A DNA stretch of 54,210 bases from Octopus bimaculoides (Eukaryota): NCBI RefSeq assembly GCF_001194135.2, contig NC_068991.1, positions 15,584,400 to 15,638,609 on the forward strand. Direction: 5' to 3'. Numbering within the stretch: the first letter of the stretch is position 1; each line of letters starts with the position of its first letter. The notes beneath the pieces are model-generated. The model searched no databases. It saw only the letters and a program-made list of their open reading frames with translations, and was not told the DNA's origin. Positions 13,007 to 26,065 of this stretch are shown piece by piece. A program made the translations under genes and the position numbers.

Positions 13007-14380
13007 AGGAAGCTACCTCAACTGCAAAGCGAAGGTAGCGTTTTAGCGCAGCTGATGATCTGCAGCTTTCGCCAGAGCTACAGCATAAATATCTCCTCTC
13101 AGTTAAATGCTACGCACAATCATGTCATTTTGGTTTTGTAGGCAGAAATGTGTCTTTTCAGATCAACCAAAGATCCATTCGACTAAAGTTTCTTCAAGGC
13201 GGTACCCCGACATGGTCACAGTCAAATGACTGAAAAAATCAAAAAGCACACACACACGTTCGCACGCCCCCACCCCACAATACATATATGTATATGCGCA
13301 ATGCATACATACATGCACACATGATTCGTACATGTATAAACGTATATACATACTCAGAAACTGACATAAGAAATGGAGACATTAATGTCCAAACAATATC
13401 ATATATCAAAGACGAAGAGCACAGCCGAATAGATTTAATCTAGTGGCACTCAACCGGGGTCCACATTACCCTTGGGTGTGTCGGTCCACATAAGATCTTT
13501 TTAAAATTGATGTGCACTAAATTATTTACAGATAGATAGACAGACAGATATATATATATATATATACATNNNNNNNNNNNNNNNNNNNNNNNNNNNNNNN
13601 NNNNNNNNNNNNNNNNNNNNNNNNNNNNNNNNNNNNNNNNNNNNNNNNNNNNNNNNNNNNNNNNNNNNNNNNNNNNNNNNNNNNNNNNNNNNNNNNNNNN
13701 NNNNNNNNNNNNNNNNNNNNNNNNNNNNNNNNNNNNNNNNNNNNNNNNNNNNNNNNNNNNNNNNNNNNNNNNNNNNNNNNNNNNNNNNNNNNNNNNNNNN
13801 NNNNNNNNNNNNNNNNNNNNNNNNNNNNNNNNNNNNNNNNNNNNNNNNNNNNNNNNNNNNNNNNNNNNNNNNNNNNNNNNNNNNNNNNNNNNNNCTGCTG
13901 GAGTTTCCTTCTACCAATTTCACTCACAAGGCATTTGTCAGCCATGAGGTTTGTGTGAGAAAGGACCTGCATACGGTGCTGTTAACGGAGGTTTAACGAC
14001 ATCATTGCACACAAAAAAGTGAGTCTGAGAAGTAAAGCTTCCTCCAAGGCAGAGTTAGAAATGCAATTGTCAAGTAGGTAAGAGGTTTTAAACAGGAGTG
14101 ATTTATTCAAAATTGGCAAAACTAAAAAATGTCGAGGATAAATTAACTGTATTATTGTTAGTGAATATGTTAGTGTTATTTAATTTCTGAACGGTTTTGC
14201 TGCCGTTTGTCTATGTAGTTTGATTTCTTTATCCATCAGTTTCTACTAAGATAGAGACGCGAGTAAAATTAATAATAGAGAAACGAAAATAAAACTTTGG
14301 AAACAGCCTAAAGGGAGATAAATGAGAAAGACTTGAAATTCAGCGTAAGATCGTAATACTTCATGTAAATTAAAGTAAAT

Positions 14381-14524
14381 ATAACAAATAATCCAAAATC
14401 CTTGTCGAGTACCGGGTCGATCCCAAAATCTAATCAGTTTGTGTCAGTCACGAGGCCAAACATCCCTGAAAGTTTCATTCGAATCCATCCAGCGGTTCTT
14501 GAGTTATCTTGTCCACGGACAAAC
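14381..14524 (-). mobile_element. HINE/DINE-1-like non-autonomous Helentron fragment (cut by gap)
   Basis: Minus strand GTTTGTCCGTGGACAAGATAACTCAAGAACCGCTGGATGGATTCGAATGAAACTTTCAGG..TAGATTTTGGGATCGA. Second copy at 39790-39997. Family assignment is from recalled HINE core similarity. Confidence 0.55.
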
Positions 14525-15299
14525 NNNNNNNNNNNNNNNNNNNNNNNNNNNNNNNNNNNNNNNNNNNNNNNNNNNNNNNNNNNNNNNNNNNNNNNNNNNN
14601 NNNNNNNNNNNNNNNNNNNNNNNNNNNNNNNNNNNNNNNNNNNNNNNNNNNNNNNNNNNNNNNNNNNNNNNNNNNNNNNNNNNNNNNNNNNNNNNNNNNN
14701 NNNNNNNNNNNNNNNNNNNNNNNNNNNNNNNNNNNNNNNNNNNNNNNNNNNNNNNNNNNNNNNNNNNNNNNNNNNNNNNNNNNNNNNNNNNNNNNNNNNN
14801 NNNNNNNNNNNNNNNNNNNNNNNNNNNNNNNNNNNNNNNNNNNNNNNNNNNNNNNNNNNNNNNNNNNNNNNNNNNNNNNNNNNNNNNNNNNNNNNNNNNN
14901 NNNNNNNNNNNNNNNNNNNNNNNNNNNNNNNNNNNNNNNNNNNNNNATATATATACATATATACATATATAAATACATATATATATGTATATGTATGTAT
15001 GTACGTATTTATGTATGTATGTATGTATGTATGTATACACACGTACACATACACTCATAAATACAGACAGAAAGAAAAAATGCTATTAGAAGTTTACAGA
15101 TACAAGCCATCTTATGGAACTGTCAAAATATGTAAAACTTCTGAAAAGTTTAGCATATGTATATGTCTGAACATGCAAGTATCGGTATGAATATATATAC
15201 ATAAAACAAAAGGTATAAATCTGCGCATGCACTGACTCCGAATATACACATATACATGCGTATACACACAAACATACATATGCACACATACATGCTCAA

Positions 15300-15405
15300 C
15301 CATCCTGTTGATATTGAAATTCCACCGAAGGAGCGTTTGATCTAGGTTAGAAACCGGTTCTTTCTCCATTGGCAAGATATCTAGAACTAAAACTACATAA
15401 CATAC
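15300..15405 (-). repeat. About 105-bp microsatellite-embedded cassette, copy 2 of 3
   Basis: Matches 3531-3637 and 16575-16680; followed by (CATA)n. Confidence 0.8.
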
Positions 15406-16574
15406 AAAGACATACATACATACATACATACATACATACATACATACATACATACAACAGTACGCACGTACGTATATACGTACATAAGCACGCGTGCGTA
15501 CACGCACACACATATACAGTGACATATACGCGTATGTACGCAGTTACGAATATCTTTCCTATTCAGACACAAACAGCACATCGATCAGCCAGCCGAACGT
15601 CTTTGGCAAGAATTCTTCTTTGAAATCAGGAATGCATTAAAACCTTCTTTTATATAGATTTTTGCCTGCAAGTCGTCTTCTTGTTCAGTTCATCATTCTT
15701 CTATGCCTTCACCTCTTTCTTTCTTCCATTACATAATTCCTTTTTTCTTTCTTCTCTTCCTTTTAGTTTGACATTGTTCAATAGAAAGAACAGACTGTAA
15801 TTGGATGCGATTCTTTCCCCTTCGCCTGATAACGTCTTACAACGGTCAACCTGTTCGTTTGGTTGCGTTTATATTTTCGTTCCGATTTTGTTACTTTTTT
15901 TTCTTTGCTTTCTTCTTCTTCTTTTTATTCCATTACTTGTTGTTGTCGTTGTCGTTGTCGTTGTCGTGGTCGTCGTTATTGTTTTGGTTCATAATTGTGT
16001 TGTTAGGTTTGTATGCGTTATTTCCCCCCTTTGATATTTTCTCATCCAGCCTCATTTTGAACGATCTGCTTTTCATTTTTCCATGTTTCTTTCATTTTTT
16101 TTCACCGTATTTCTTTCTTTCCTTCTTCTTTTGTTCATCATCGTTTTCTTCTTCTTTGTCAGCCATTGCAAGTCTTTTCACTCGATGGGAAATGACAAGG
16201 GTTCCAGAATGAAGTGAAATGGTATTATTATTATCATTAAGCAACAAAGAATAGATAATTCATCAGGTTCTATTATGTCTGTCTACCTTTTCCTCTCTTG
16301 TCTTTCTCTTTCCCTCCCCTCTCCCCCTCTCTCTCCTTCCCTCTCCCTGTCAGTCTCTATATATGTCTTAATCAGGAGTTTAATTATTTAAATGAAGCAG
16401 AAGGAAACAAAACTGTAGCCCCTTTTTCTTTAACGAAGGAGATATTTATACAAATGGACAACAATAAAGGAAGAAACAAAACAATGTATGCATGTATGTA
16501 TGCACGTATGTATGTATGTATGTATGTATGTATGTATGTATGTATGTATGTATGCATTATGTATAAATGTATGT

Positions 16575-16680
16575 ATGTCATTATTCAGTTTCATTTCAAG
16601 ATTTCTTGCCAATGGAGAAAGAACCGGTTTCTAACCTAGACCCAAGGCTCCTCCATTGGAATTTCAACATCAACAGGGTA
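16575..16680 (+). repeat. About 105-bp microsatellite-embedded cassette, copy 3 of 3
   Basis: CTTGCCAATGGAGAAAGAACCGGTTTCTAACCTAGACCCAAGGCTCCTCCATTGGAATTTCAACATCAACAGG with (TATG)n on both sides. Confidence 0.85.
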
Positions 16681-17350
16681 TGTATGTATGTATGTATGTA
16701 TGTATGTATGTATGTATGTATGAATGTATGTATGTATGTATGCATGTATCGAGAGAGAGGGAGAGAGAGATCTCAAACAATTGTCTTTCATACAGTTTCT
16801 GCCTTCCATATTCCTTCACAAAGTGAAGGTCTGCCCAGAGCTATTTTTGAAGACACTTGCCTACGGCAGTACACAGTGGGACTGAACGCGAAACACGCGG
16901 TCACGATTTTTTGTTCCCGGCGTATCTCTAGGTATTAGGTGACGCTTTGTAAATTGCAGAAGATAGGTGTTTAGAAAGAGATAGGTTCAGAAAATATCAA
17001 TATTCGATAAACATGTTTTATCTCAACCCATAACCATAAATTTGGATTTAGAGCAATAAATGCACGTAAAGCTATTTATTGGTTCTGTAAGTCATATATA
17101 AACACGAAGATTAATAAATTTAGTGTAGTAATCTCGGGAGAACGATGTCAAGGGATTAGGGATAAAACTGGTGACATCCAAAACTACTTGTCTTTGGTCA
17201 TTAAAAACAGTTTTGTAAAACAGAGAACTTTTATGTGGGTATTAAACCTGCATAGTAGCCGAATGTCATTCGAATCACAACATTGTGTTATAAAACGGGA
17301 AGAAACACTCTGAAAAATGTTTTAAATACTATCTTTGAAAAAAAGATAGG

Positions 17351-17551
17351 ACGCTCATAGCTGGAACGCTCATAGCTGGAACGCTCATAGCTGGAACGCT
17401 CATAGCTGGAACGCTCATAGCTGGAACGCTCATAGCTGGAACGCTCATAGCTGGAACGCTCATAGCTGGAACGCTCATAGCTGGAACGCTCATAGCTGGA
17501 ACGCTCATAGCTGGAACGCTCATAGCTGGAACGCTCATAGCTGGAACGCTC
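17351..17551. repeat. Perfect 15-bp minisatellite (ACGCTCATAGCTGGA) x13.4
   Basis: Direct count. No spacers and no mismatches seen. Confidence 0.97.
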
Positions 17552-17659
17552 TTCGATAGACCAAGAGTGTATCTAAGGTTAACAGCAAATCATCAAGTGC
17601 CATGGTGGTGATGGTGGTGGTGGTGATGGTGATTGTGATGATCAACCTTTCTATGGGCA

Positions 17660-17915
17660 CAGGGTCTGAAATTTTAGGGGCGAGAGCTAATCAACCGCGA
17701 CACTTGACTCGTACTTATTGTTTCGACTCCAGAAGTATGAAAGGTTGCCTTCAAAATTTGTTTAATCGAATGGATCGAACCCCGTAGTTATTCATTTTAA
17801 AGCCTGGTCCTTATTCTATCAGTCTCTTTTACCGAACATCTAAATTCCAGACACGTAAACACAGCAACGTCGGTTGTCAAGCGGTAGTAAGGAACAAGCA
17901 GAGACACGAAAATGT
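17660..17915 (-). mobile_element. Degenerate SINE family A tail joined to SINE family B body
   Basis: GTACTTATTGTTTCGACTCC..TGAAAGG followed by CTTATTCTATCAGTCTCTTTTACCGAAC..CGGTTGTCAAGCG. Confidence 0.55.
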
Positions 17916-18164
17916 GTATGTGTGTGTTGGTTGTATCGTGTCTTGAACTGATGTTAGTCGTGTCGTGTCTAATGCACCACAGTCCGACGATAGCTTAGCT
18001 GGCCGAAACATCGAAGTCACTGTTATCAACATTCTTGTATAAGAATGATAGATCTGTACTCTCCAAAAGTATAGAGTACCTCATCAGATTAATGTTAAAT
18101 TATTTTTATTATAATGGAACATAAAAATAAACCTTATATATATGTATATATAGTTGAAATTTAC

Positions 18165-18320
18165 AGAAAAAGTCAAGACAAAGACAGGAGTATGAACAAC
18201 AAGCAGGTGTATTAATTAGACGCTCGGGAAAGTGAGAAATTCTTTTACGTTTCGAGTCTACACTCTTCAACAGAAAGGAATATGAGAAAATATACAGAGA
18301 GAGAATAAAGAAAACTTGTA
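18165..18320 (-). repeat. Dispersed repeat with HHR-like motif, copy 2 of 3
   Basis: Minus strand CCTTT-CTGTTGA-A-GAGT-GTAG-ACTC-GAAAC-GTA-AAAGA at 18241-18278. Confidence 0.7.
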
Positions 18321-18330
18321 GATTCAGCGG

Positions 18331-18371
<41 letters not shown>

Positions 18372-18811
18372 TAAGTTTAGAAACCAGCATAGAAAAGCAG
18401 ATACCTAGTTTTCGCATACATAAGGTCATTAAAATGAACTTAATAATATTTACTAGAAAAATTTCATATTTTGCAAAACTATATTCACAAGAAAATCCTT
18501 GCACGCATTGTCACTTAGAAGGATACAAAANNNNNNNNNNNNNNNNNNNNNNNNNNNNNNNNNNNNNNNNNNNNNNNNNNNNNNNNNNNNNNNNNNNNNN
18601 NNNNNNNNNNNNNNNNNNNNNNNNNNNNNNNNNNNNNNNNNNNNNNNNNNNNNNNNNNNNNNNNNNNNNNNNNNNNNNNNNNNNNNNNNNNNNNNNNNNN
18701 NNNNNNNNNNNNNNNNNNNNNNNNNNNNNNNNNNNNNNNNNNNNNNNNNNNNNNNNNNNNNNNNNNNNNNNNNNNNNNNNNNNNNNNNNNNNNNNNNNNN
18801 NNNNNNNNNNN

Positions 18812-18856
<45 letters not shown>

Positions 18857-19127
18857 TTATTATGTTATTATAATTATATATATAAACGGGCTTCCACACA
18901 GTTTCCATCTATCAAATTCATTTACGAAGGATTTAGTAGAAGACACTTGCTCAAGGTACTGCAAGTCGAATATGAACCTGAAATCACGTGATTCTCCTAA
19001 ACTATAGGTTGGTATCACCTCCATGTACTGCATGGTACTCCCGAATTCTAAGCTAGCATAAAGACCAGAGTATACCTTCTTCCACTTAATTAGCAATCCT
19101 TTATCTATTTCTTCAATCTTTCTATTA

Positions 19128-19492
19128 CCTTTTACTTGTTTCAGTCATTGGACTGCGGTCATACTGGGATAATATCTTGAAGGCTCTTCTTTTTTAGTTG
19201 AAAAAAAAGTCTTGTATTTATTCCATCAGTCTTTTTTACCAAACCGCAAAGTTACGATGACATAAACAAACCAACCCCGGTTTTCAAGCGGTGGGGAGAC
19301 AAACACAAAGGCACACAGACGCACATATACGACACGCGTAGATACAGTTTCCGTTTACCAAATCCGCTCGCAAGCCATTGGTCGGCCCGTGGCTACAGCA
19401 GAAGACATTTGCCCAAGCTATCTCACTATGCGCTGCTGAACTGAACCTGAAACCAAATGGCTGCAAAGCGAGTTAACCACACGGCTATGCCT
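19128..19492 (-). mobile_element. SINE family B, near full length, diverged
   Basis: Tail CTTTTACTTGTTTCAGTCATTGGACTGCGG through head AACCACACGGCTATGCC. Confidence 0.75.
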
Positions 19493-20587
19493 ATACCTAC
19501 TTCACTTCATTTTTCATTATTCGCTTCTTTATATCCCATATTCTTGTGTTGATATTTTAATCCATTGTACGTATTTATCTTCACACACTTCCATTTAAGC
19601 TGATATATCTTCTGTCTTTGTGTAGCGTTCTTCATTCTATAATTCGTATCTTCCGACACATAACAAATTGTTCTCAATTACTAATTGAAGCTTACATACA
19701 TTGTTCAGTTGACACACACTGGTAATAACTACTCATATTTAAAAGATAAGAGCAACATATTGTAATCCAGCAAGTGTTCTGGATTTTTGCAATATAACTA
19801 AGAGAAAAATTCTGTTACATATTCATCGGCAAAATACTTCCCATAAAAATTTCTATATGCATATTGTACTACATTTCCTAGAGGCGGAGACAATTTAAAT
19901 AAATCAAGAATTTTTGTTGTAAGGTATTAACATGCTGGTATTTGTCTGCGTATTTCAAATACATGCCCCTGGCCATTTCGAGTTATTATTCTTAGCTCAT
20001 TTTTTTCATATATATGCGTGTGTATATATGTGTATGTGTGCGTGCATGTGTGTGAGCGTGTCTGTGTGTGTGTGCGTGTGGGAAAAATATCTCTGGATAT
20101 GTATATGTATGTGAGCATGTAATGTTTATGTACAGATATATGTATGCATATATACATACATACATACATACATACATACATACATACATACATGTGTGTG
20201 TGTGTGTGTATGTATGTATATATGCATACATATATCTGTACATAAACATTATATATATATATATATATATANNNNNNNNNNTATGTATGTATGCATGTAT
20301 GTTTCGAAACGCGGAGTAGATGGAGCAGGGACAACTGAAGAAGGGAAATATTCTTTATGTTGCATGTCTCGTTTCTCTGTTTGATTTTTTCGTTGTTCGA
20401 AAAAATGTTCGTTTTCTGTCTTCGTCTTTATGTTTTCGTTTCTCATTGTGTTTAACGTTTTTTGTGATCTCCTGTACCCATATATGCTTGTATGTATACA
20501 TATAGAATGTCGGTATGTACATATATGTATGGATATAAGCATATAATTATATATCATTTATGTTATTATATATATATGTATGCATGC

Positions 20588-20620
<33 letters not shown>

Positions 20621-21572
20621 TGTATGAAGAGAGGAGACAGAAAATGGATTTAACGAAACTTTATTCAGAGCCACTACTATCTTATCGATTCATCATGCAC
20701 CTTACAGGTGGGATACGGTTCAATCAATCGTGATGTAAGAATGAAGTAAATCCAGAGGCATATACCTCCATACTGTTGTTGCCATCAGGTAGCCGAATAC
20801 TTTGAACGGGCTTTAAACAGCACCTTAAAATGAAGTTCTTACCTTTCCTTACCATGTTTCGACTGAAACAAATAAAAGAGTGAACGAACAGAGGAAACCA
20901 TTTTGCACAAGTACTTAAACTGATGGTAGATTTTCTTACCCCGTTCATCACCTTTCATATGTTGATTGTATTTACATTAAACGTTTTCATCCAGAACGAG
21001 GCACTTCTGGAAAGCAGTGGGTTGGTTTTAGTCATCAGAGCGTTTGGTTAAACACTTCGCCTTTATCGATCTGATGTTTGTTCAGAGATCAAATATCGAT
21101 GGCTTCCTTTTGGGTGTAGATTAAAAGGAAAAAAATATTACACCAGTAGGAATGATAAAACAAAGTCATTAACTTAATGATAAATTTTGGACCAAGAAAG
21201 ACAGAGCAGACATCCATGAAATTTAAATTAAATTAAATTAATTAACGATTAAATGAAATGGAGAATACGAGTGATTTTATTTTTTGTCATCGCATTCTAT
21301 TATTAATTAAGCTTAATTAATTAAAATTCTTTGCTCACCTATATTGTGTTAACGCCTATTTTACAATTTATTAGAATTAAGATATCATGAATGCTTGTGT
21401 TTTATTAAAACAATGTACTTCACTTTGGTTTTAGATCTTGTGATACTCGTACCATTAATTAATAAGATAGGGAATGTTTGGTAATTGTAACGGTTAATTA
21501 ACCTCTCGAGGACCGCGGCTGAATTTAACTAATTAAAACCTGAAGTAACGATAATCACAGACAGCGTAATAA

Positions 21573-21631
<59 letters not shown>

Positions 21632-21634
21632 TTA

Positions 21635-21672
<38 letters not shown>

Positions 21673-21729
21673 NNNNNNNNNNNNNNNNNNNNNNNNNNNN
21701 NNNNNNNNNNNNNNNNNNNNNNNNNNNNN

Positions 21730-21760
<31 letters not shown>

Positions 21761-22169
21761 ACGAGTGTACCCAAAAGTAACAGGACACCACATTAATAAT
21801 ACAAAATTTTCCAACTTCAAGATAACTCTTTCCCGCTTCACATCATACCCAACCTAGCCTAATCGCTTGGCCTCTTTTTCGTTTCACCACCTTTTTTCAC
21901 AGCAGCCAGTGACCGGTTGAGCTAATCCACCTCCGACAATAGGGAGCAGTCGCCATATTCCCTTCCATATCGGCTAACTCTGATGAGTGTAAAGTTATAT
22001 AATCGGATTGTAACCTAACACTCAGTTGTATTCTTTAGGCGAAACTGATTGGTAAGATCAACCGTGATAGATATTTAATACTATACTTTTCGAATAAATA
22101 TACTAACTCTACTGACACATATACGAGTGCATCTATTCCCTGACTTAGGGTCACTTAGACGACTTATGT

Positions 22170-22345
22170 GTATATATAGGGAGAATTCTCAAAAGAAACA
22201 ACAGACTAAGACAGGTGGTGTAGACACCTAACAGATGTATTAGTTTAACGCTCGGGAAGTGAAAAAGTCTTTAACGTTTCGAGCCTACGCTCTTCCACAG
22301 AAAGGAACACAGGAAGAAACAAGAAGAGAAAATAAAGAGTAAATA
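22170..22345 (-). repeat. Dispersed repeat with HHR-like motif, copy 3 of 3 (best preserved)
   Basis: Minus strand CCTTT-CTGTGGA-A-GAGC-GTAG-GCTC-GAAAC-GTT-AAAGAC at 22267-22305. Confidence 0.75.
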
Positions 22346-22369
22346 TGTGTATATATATATATTGTTATA

Positions 22370-22920
22370 CACACGCGCACTCCCCACATGCACACACGTC
22401 AATATGACAGGCTTTCAGCTGGTCATATGTTGTCTCCCATAACGTGTCCAGTGACTGACAGCTGTTATAGAAGAAAACAATAAAAAAACATATTTTGGAA
22501 GTCTATTCCAGCATCAATAACATAGATTGTTTTACACTTCTCTAAAACAAGTCTATCGACAATTTCTATAAGGTCATTGAAAAGTCTTTGAAAGGTCTTC
22601 ATAGGCAAAATCCATTTTCGAAAGTGAAGGCTATACTACAAAGGAGAATGGTCTTTAAAAAAATCTATAGACACCATCGCTAATGTCCAGAAAATGAAGA
22701 AAAAATATGAGATAAAACAGCAATTATGGAAAGAAGAATAGCGAGTATAAAAGTGGTTTAGACAATCGAGATATTTCGTGCTAAACGTAGCCACAATTTC
22801 ACAATTTTTCAGCTGTCTCTCGGTAAAATGGAGCCAAATAAAATTTGTAAGGCTTGCCAAGAAAACTCAGTGCCAATAATGTAATTTATATAAAACGGAA
22901 TGGGGAGAGAATTTTAAGTG
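22370..22920 (+). repeat. Local duplication, copy A (paralogue 26885-27450, partial third copy 23085-23230)
   Basis: 22590-22878 versus 27124-27413 differ at about 6 positions by eye. The upstream part is clearly more diverged. Confidence 0.9.
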
Positions 22921-23026
22921 AATATGCAAAGATAATACAAAGCTAAAGCTAAATTGTAGAGATTTCTTCTGGTATATAGTACAGCGTTTTTCTTTAGACT
23001 GTCTAAAGACTTTATGGACTCCCTGA

Positions 23027-23071
<45 letters not shown>

Positions 23072-23238
23072 TATACATATGTATTGCTATACACACAAGC
23101 ACAACCGCCCACCATACACACACACATACACACACGTCAATATGATAGACTTTCAGTCGGTCATCTGTTGTCTCCCATAACGTGGATTTCAGTATGGCCG
23201 ATGTCCAGTGACTAAGAGCAGTTAAAGATGAAGACATA

Positions 23239-23743
23239 ACGTAAATCCTCGAGTATAGTCCACCCTTGAGTATAATACGCAAGGGATTTTTAGGGGGCTG
23301 TACCTCTAAAATACCTAAACATTGTGTATAATACGCACCCTTCTCTAAGTTGAGTCAAGGAGGTCTATATAACGTCCTTGGTTTGTAAACATATATACGG
23401 TAACGTCCTTTATTATTATTGTATATATAACATAATGCAAACGTGTAGCTTATTTGTGCACTTTGCAGAAAATAAAGNNNNNNNNNNACGTCCTTTATTA
23501 TTATTGTATATATAACATAATGCAAACGTGTAGCTTATTTGTGCACTTTGCAGAAAATAAAGAAATAACAGTAATAACGTCATTGAAAAATAAATATTAA
23601 GTAAATTGCCTTTATATGTTTATAACTTAGAAAATTTTGCTTAGAATATATTTTTCATTTTTAACCTCGTATATAGTACGCACTAGAAATTTTGACCCTT
23701 AAATTTTGGGGGAAAAATGCGGATTATACTCGAGGATTTACGG
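23239..23743. mobile_element. Tc1/mariner-pogo type MITE with TA flanks
   Basis: Left TA-ACGTAAATCCTCGAGTATAGTCC, right GGATTATACTCGAGGATTTACGG-TA: about 23-bp imperfect terminal inverted repeat (TIR). Confidence 0.8.
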
Positions 23744-24616
23744 TATAAGTATATGTACATATACATTATATACATACTTATATACATATATATTAGAATG
23801 TTCTCTATGTGGCTCGTGTGTTCTCGTCTACGTTTGTGTGCAATGTCCTGTACCCAGATATGCACCTATACATACAGGTGGATGTCGGTATGCACATACC
23901 TGTACGTATATATGCATATACTCATTTACTTTTGTTTTTACATGATTGAACGCAGCGTCTCACAAAAATTGTAAGTAGTTCGTAAACTTATCCTCCGACG
24001 CTACTCTATCTCTTTCTCTTTCCTTTCTCCNNNNNNNNNNNNNNNNNNNNNNNNNNNNNNNNNNNNNNNNNNNNNNNNNNNNNNNNNNNNNNNNNNNNNN
24101 NNNNNNNNNNNNNNNNNNNNNNNNNNNNNNNNNNNNNNNNNNNNNNNNNNNNNNNNNNNNNNNNNNNNNNNNNNNNNNNNNNNNNNNNNNNNNNNNNNNN
24201 NNNNNNNNNNNNNNNNNNNNNNNNNNNNNNNNNNNNNNNNNNNNNNNNNNNNNNNNNNNNNNNNNNNNNNNNNNNNNNNNNNNNNNNNNNNNNNNNNNNN
24301 NNNNNNNNNNNNNTATATATATATATATATATATCTTTGTATCACAGTATCGACCAGACAAGTATATGTTGTTATACAACGCTGGTCACAATGCACTTAT
24401 TTGCATTGTTGTAGCTTTTGAAGGATGTCACCCTGTTGGCTAGGCGGGCAGGCACACACGCACACTCATACACACACATGCACGCACACGCGCACAGACG
24501 CACGCACATATATATCAGCCAGTTTATAGAAAATAAGAGGTGTGCGTTCGATCCTCACGCGTATTATTGCCCATTTTTCTGTCGGAGTTGGGTGAGTGTT
24601 TATAAGTCCTAATATT

Positions 24617-24827
24617 GATTTCAAACTTTGGTACAAAGCCAGTAATTTCAGGAAAGGTAGGAGACGATCATATCGAACCCAGTGCTCGACTGGTAAGTAT
24701 TTTATCGACTCAGAAAGGATGAAAGGCAAAGTCGACTGCAGCAGCGTTTGAACTCAGACCGTAAACACAGACGAAATGCAGCTAAACATTTTACCCAGCG
24801 TGCTAACGATTCTGCTAGCTCTCTGCC
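24617..24827 (-). mobile_element. SINE family A copy
   Basis: GAAAGGATGAAAGGCAAAGTCGAC core, TTTGAACTCAG B-box region, GCTAACGATTCTGCTAGCTC head. Confidence 0.85.
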
Positions 24828-24888
24828 GTGTATGTCCCAATATAACATTTGCTATAGTCAATATACGGTGAAAGCCTATATTTATATT

Positions 24889-24971
<83 letters not shown>

Positions 24972-26016
24972 ACACACACACACACACACAAGCACACATA
25001 CACGTGCATGTGTGTGTTCATGCATCTCTGTCAATTTGCCTAAGTCTTGTATACATGTGTATGTATATCACTATTTTCTTACGCATATTTGTTTGCTTCT
25101 GTATACACACGTCATTTTCCATTGTCTGCACTCATCAATGCTGGGAATATATTTTTCTGAGTTGATATGATAAAGAGACAAAATTGCTTAGATTTTAGGG
25201 TTCTTGGACATAGAAATGTGCTGGATTTTTTTTTTTTTTTTCAATCAAGAAGACTCATGTTTAAGTGTACATTAGTCGAAACATTATGCAATACGATTGA
25301 TAGTTTCCGCAAATTTAAAGAACATAGGAAGAAGAAATACAGATTTAAACTTTAATATTATGTAAATGTATCAACTTTCGGATACAGTATATTAAAGACA
25401 AACATTATTTTCCTTTCCCTGGTGTCAAGTCTTGTGAGTGCGTTGATACCTATTACTCTAATTTTGATATTTAATGCTAGTTTGATTCTTAAGCTAATGT
25501 GTTTTTGATATTTCTTCCCAACATTTGAGAGTGTTGTACGGTGTTTAGCTCATTAATTCCAAAGAATCCGTAAGTTTATGTTTGGTCTCATTGTCTTATC
25601 GTCCACTGCCTTATCTAACATTATGTCGGTGGTTTTGGTTTTATTGCTTTTGCATGAGTGTGTTATGTATTGGGTGCAGAACATTTGTTTCTTCTGTAAT
25701 ACATACATACATACATACATACATACATACATACATACATACATACACACATATATATATTTATACGTATTTATATATAACAGATTGTATATTTTCTTGT
25801 AGAGTAGTAATTGTCAGGAACATAAAAACAAGATTAATTGCGGTCTGAAACAATAAAATATAAACATTAATAAAATTATTAATATCATAAAAATAAAAAT
25901 AAAAACTTTAATGATAACATATTAATAAGTAACAAAAATTTAGTCGACACCTCTTCTAAGTTCTTCCTAATGACTTTTTGAAATTGTCTAAACATTTTAT
26001 GATGGACTCGGTGTGT

Positions 26017-26065
<49 letters not shown>

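Noticed and set aside
16930-17340. Faint hAT-like peptide (SHI*TRRLINLV)
   Set aside because: Too few motif residues to support by eye.
17329-17538. ORF (MSVPA)n as a repeat protein, or the array as CRISPR
   Set aside because: It is a pure 15-bp tandem repeat with no spacers, no cas genes and no unique coding flanks. The 13-bp array at 38987-39074 is rejected as CRISPR for the same reason.
17978-18020. CCGACGA-TAGCTTAGCTGGCC-GAAAC-ATC as a hammerhead
   Set aside because: The core is altered, stem II is ambiguous, and stems I and III do not form.
18051-18092. Minus-strand CTGATGA followed by a GTACTCT/AGAGTAC hairpin
   Set aside because: There is no GAAA after the stem.
19000-19900. Possible further R4/Dong-like C-terminal remnant on the minus strand, split by the SINE
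   Set aside because: Only vague motif similarity (EVIPTYSLG); it needs a profile search.
23403-23562. 75-bp exact direct repeat
   Set aside because: The copies flank a 10-N gap, which is typical of unmerged contig overlap.
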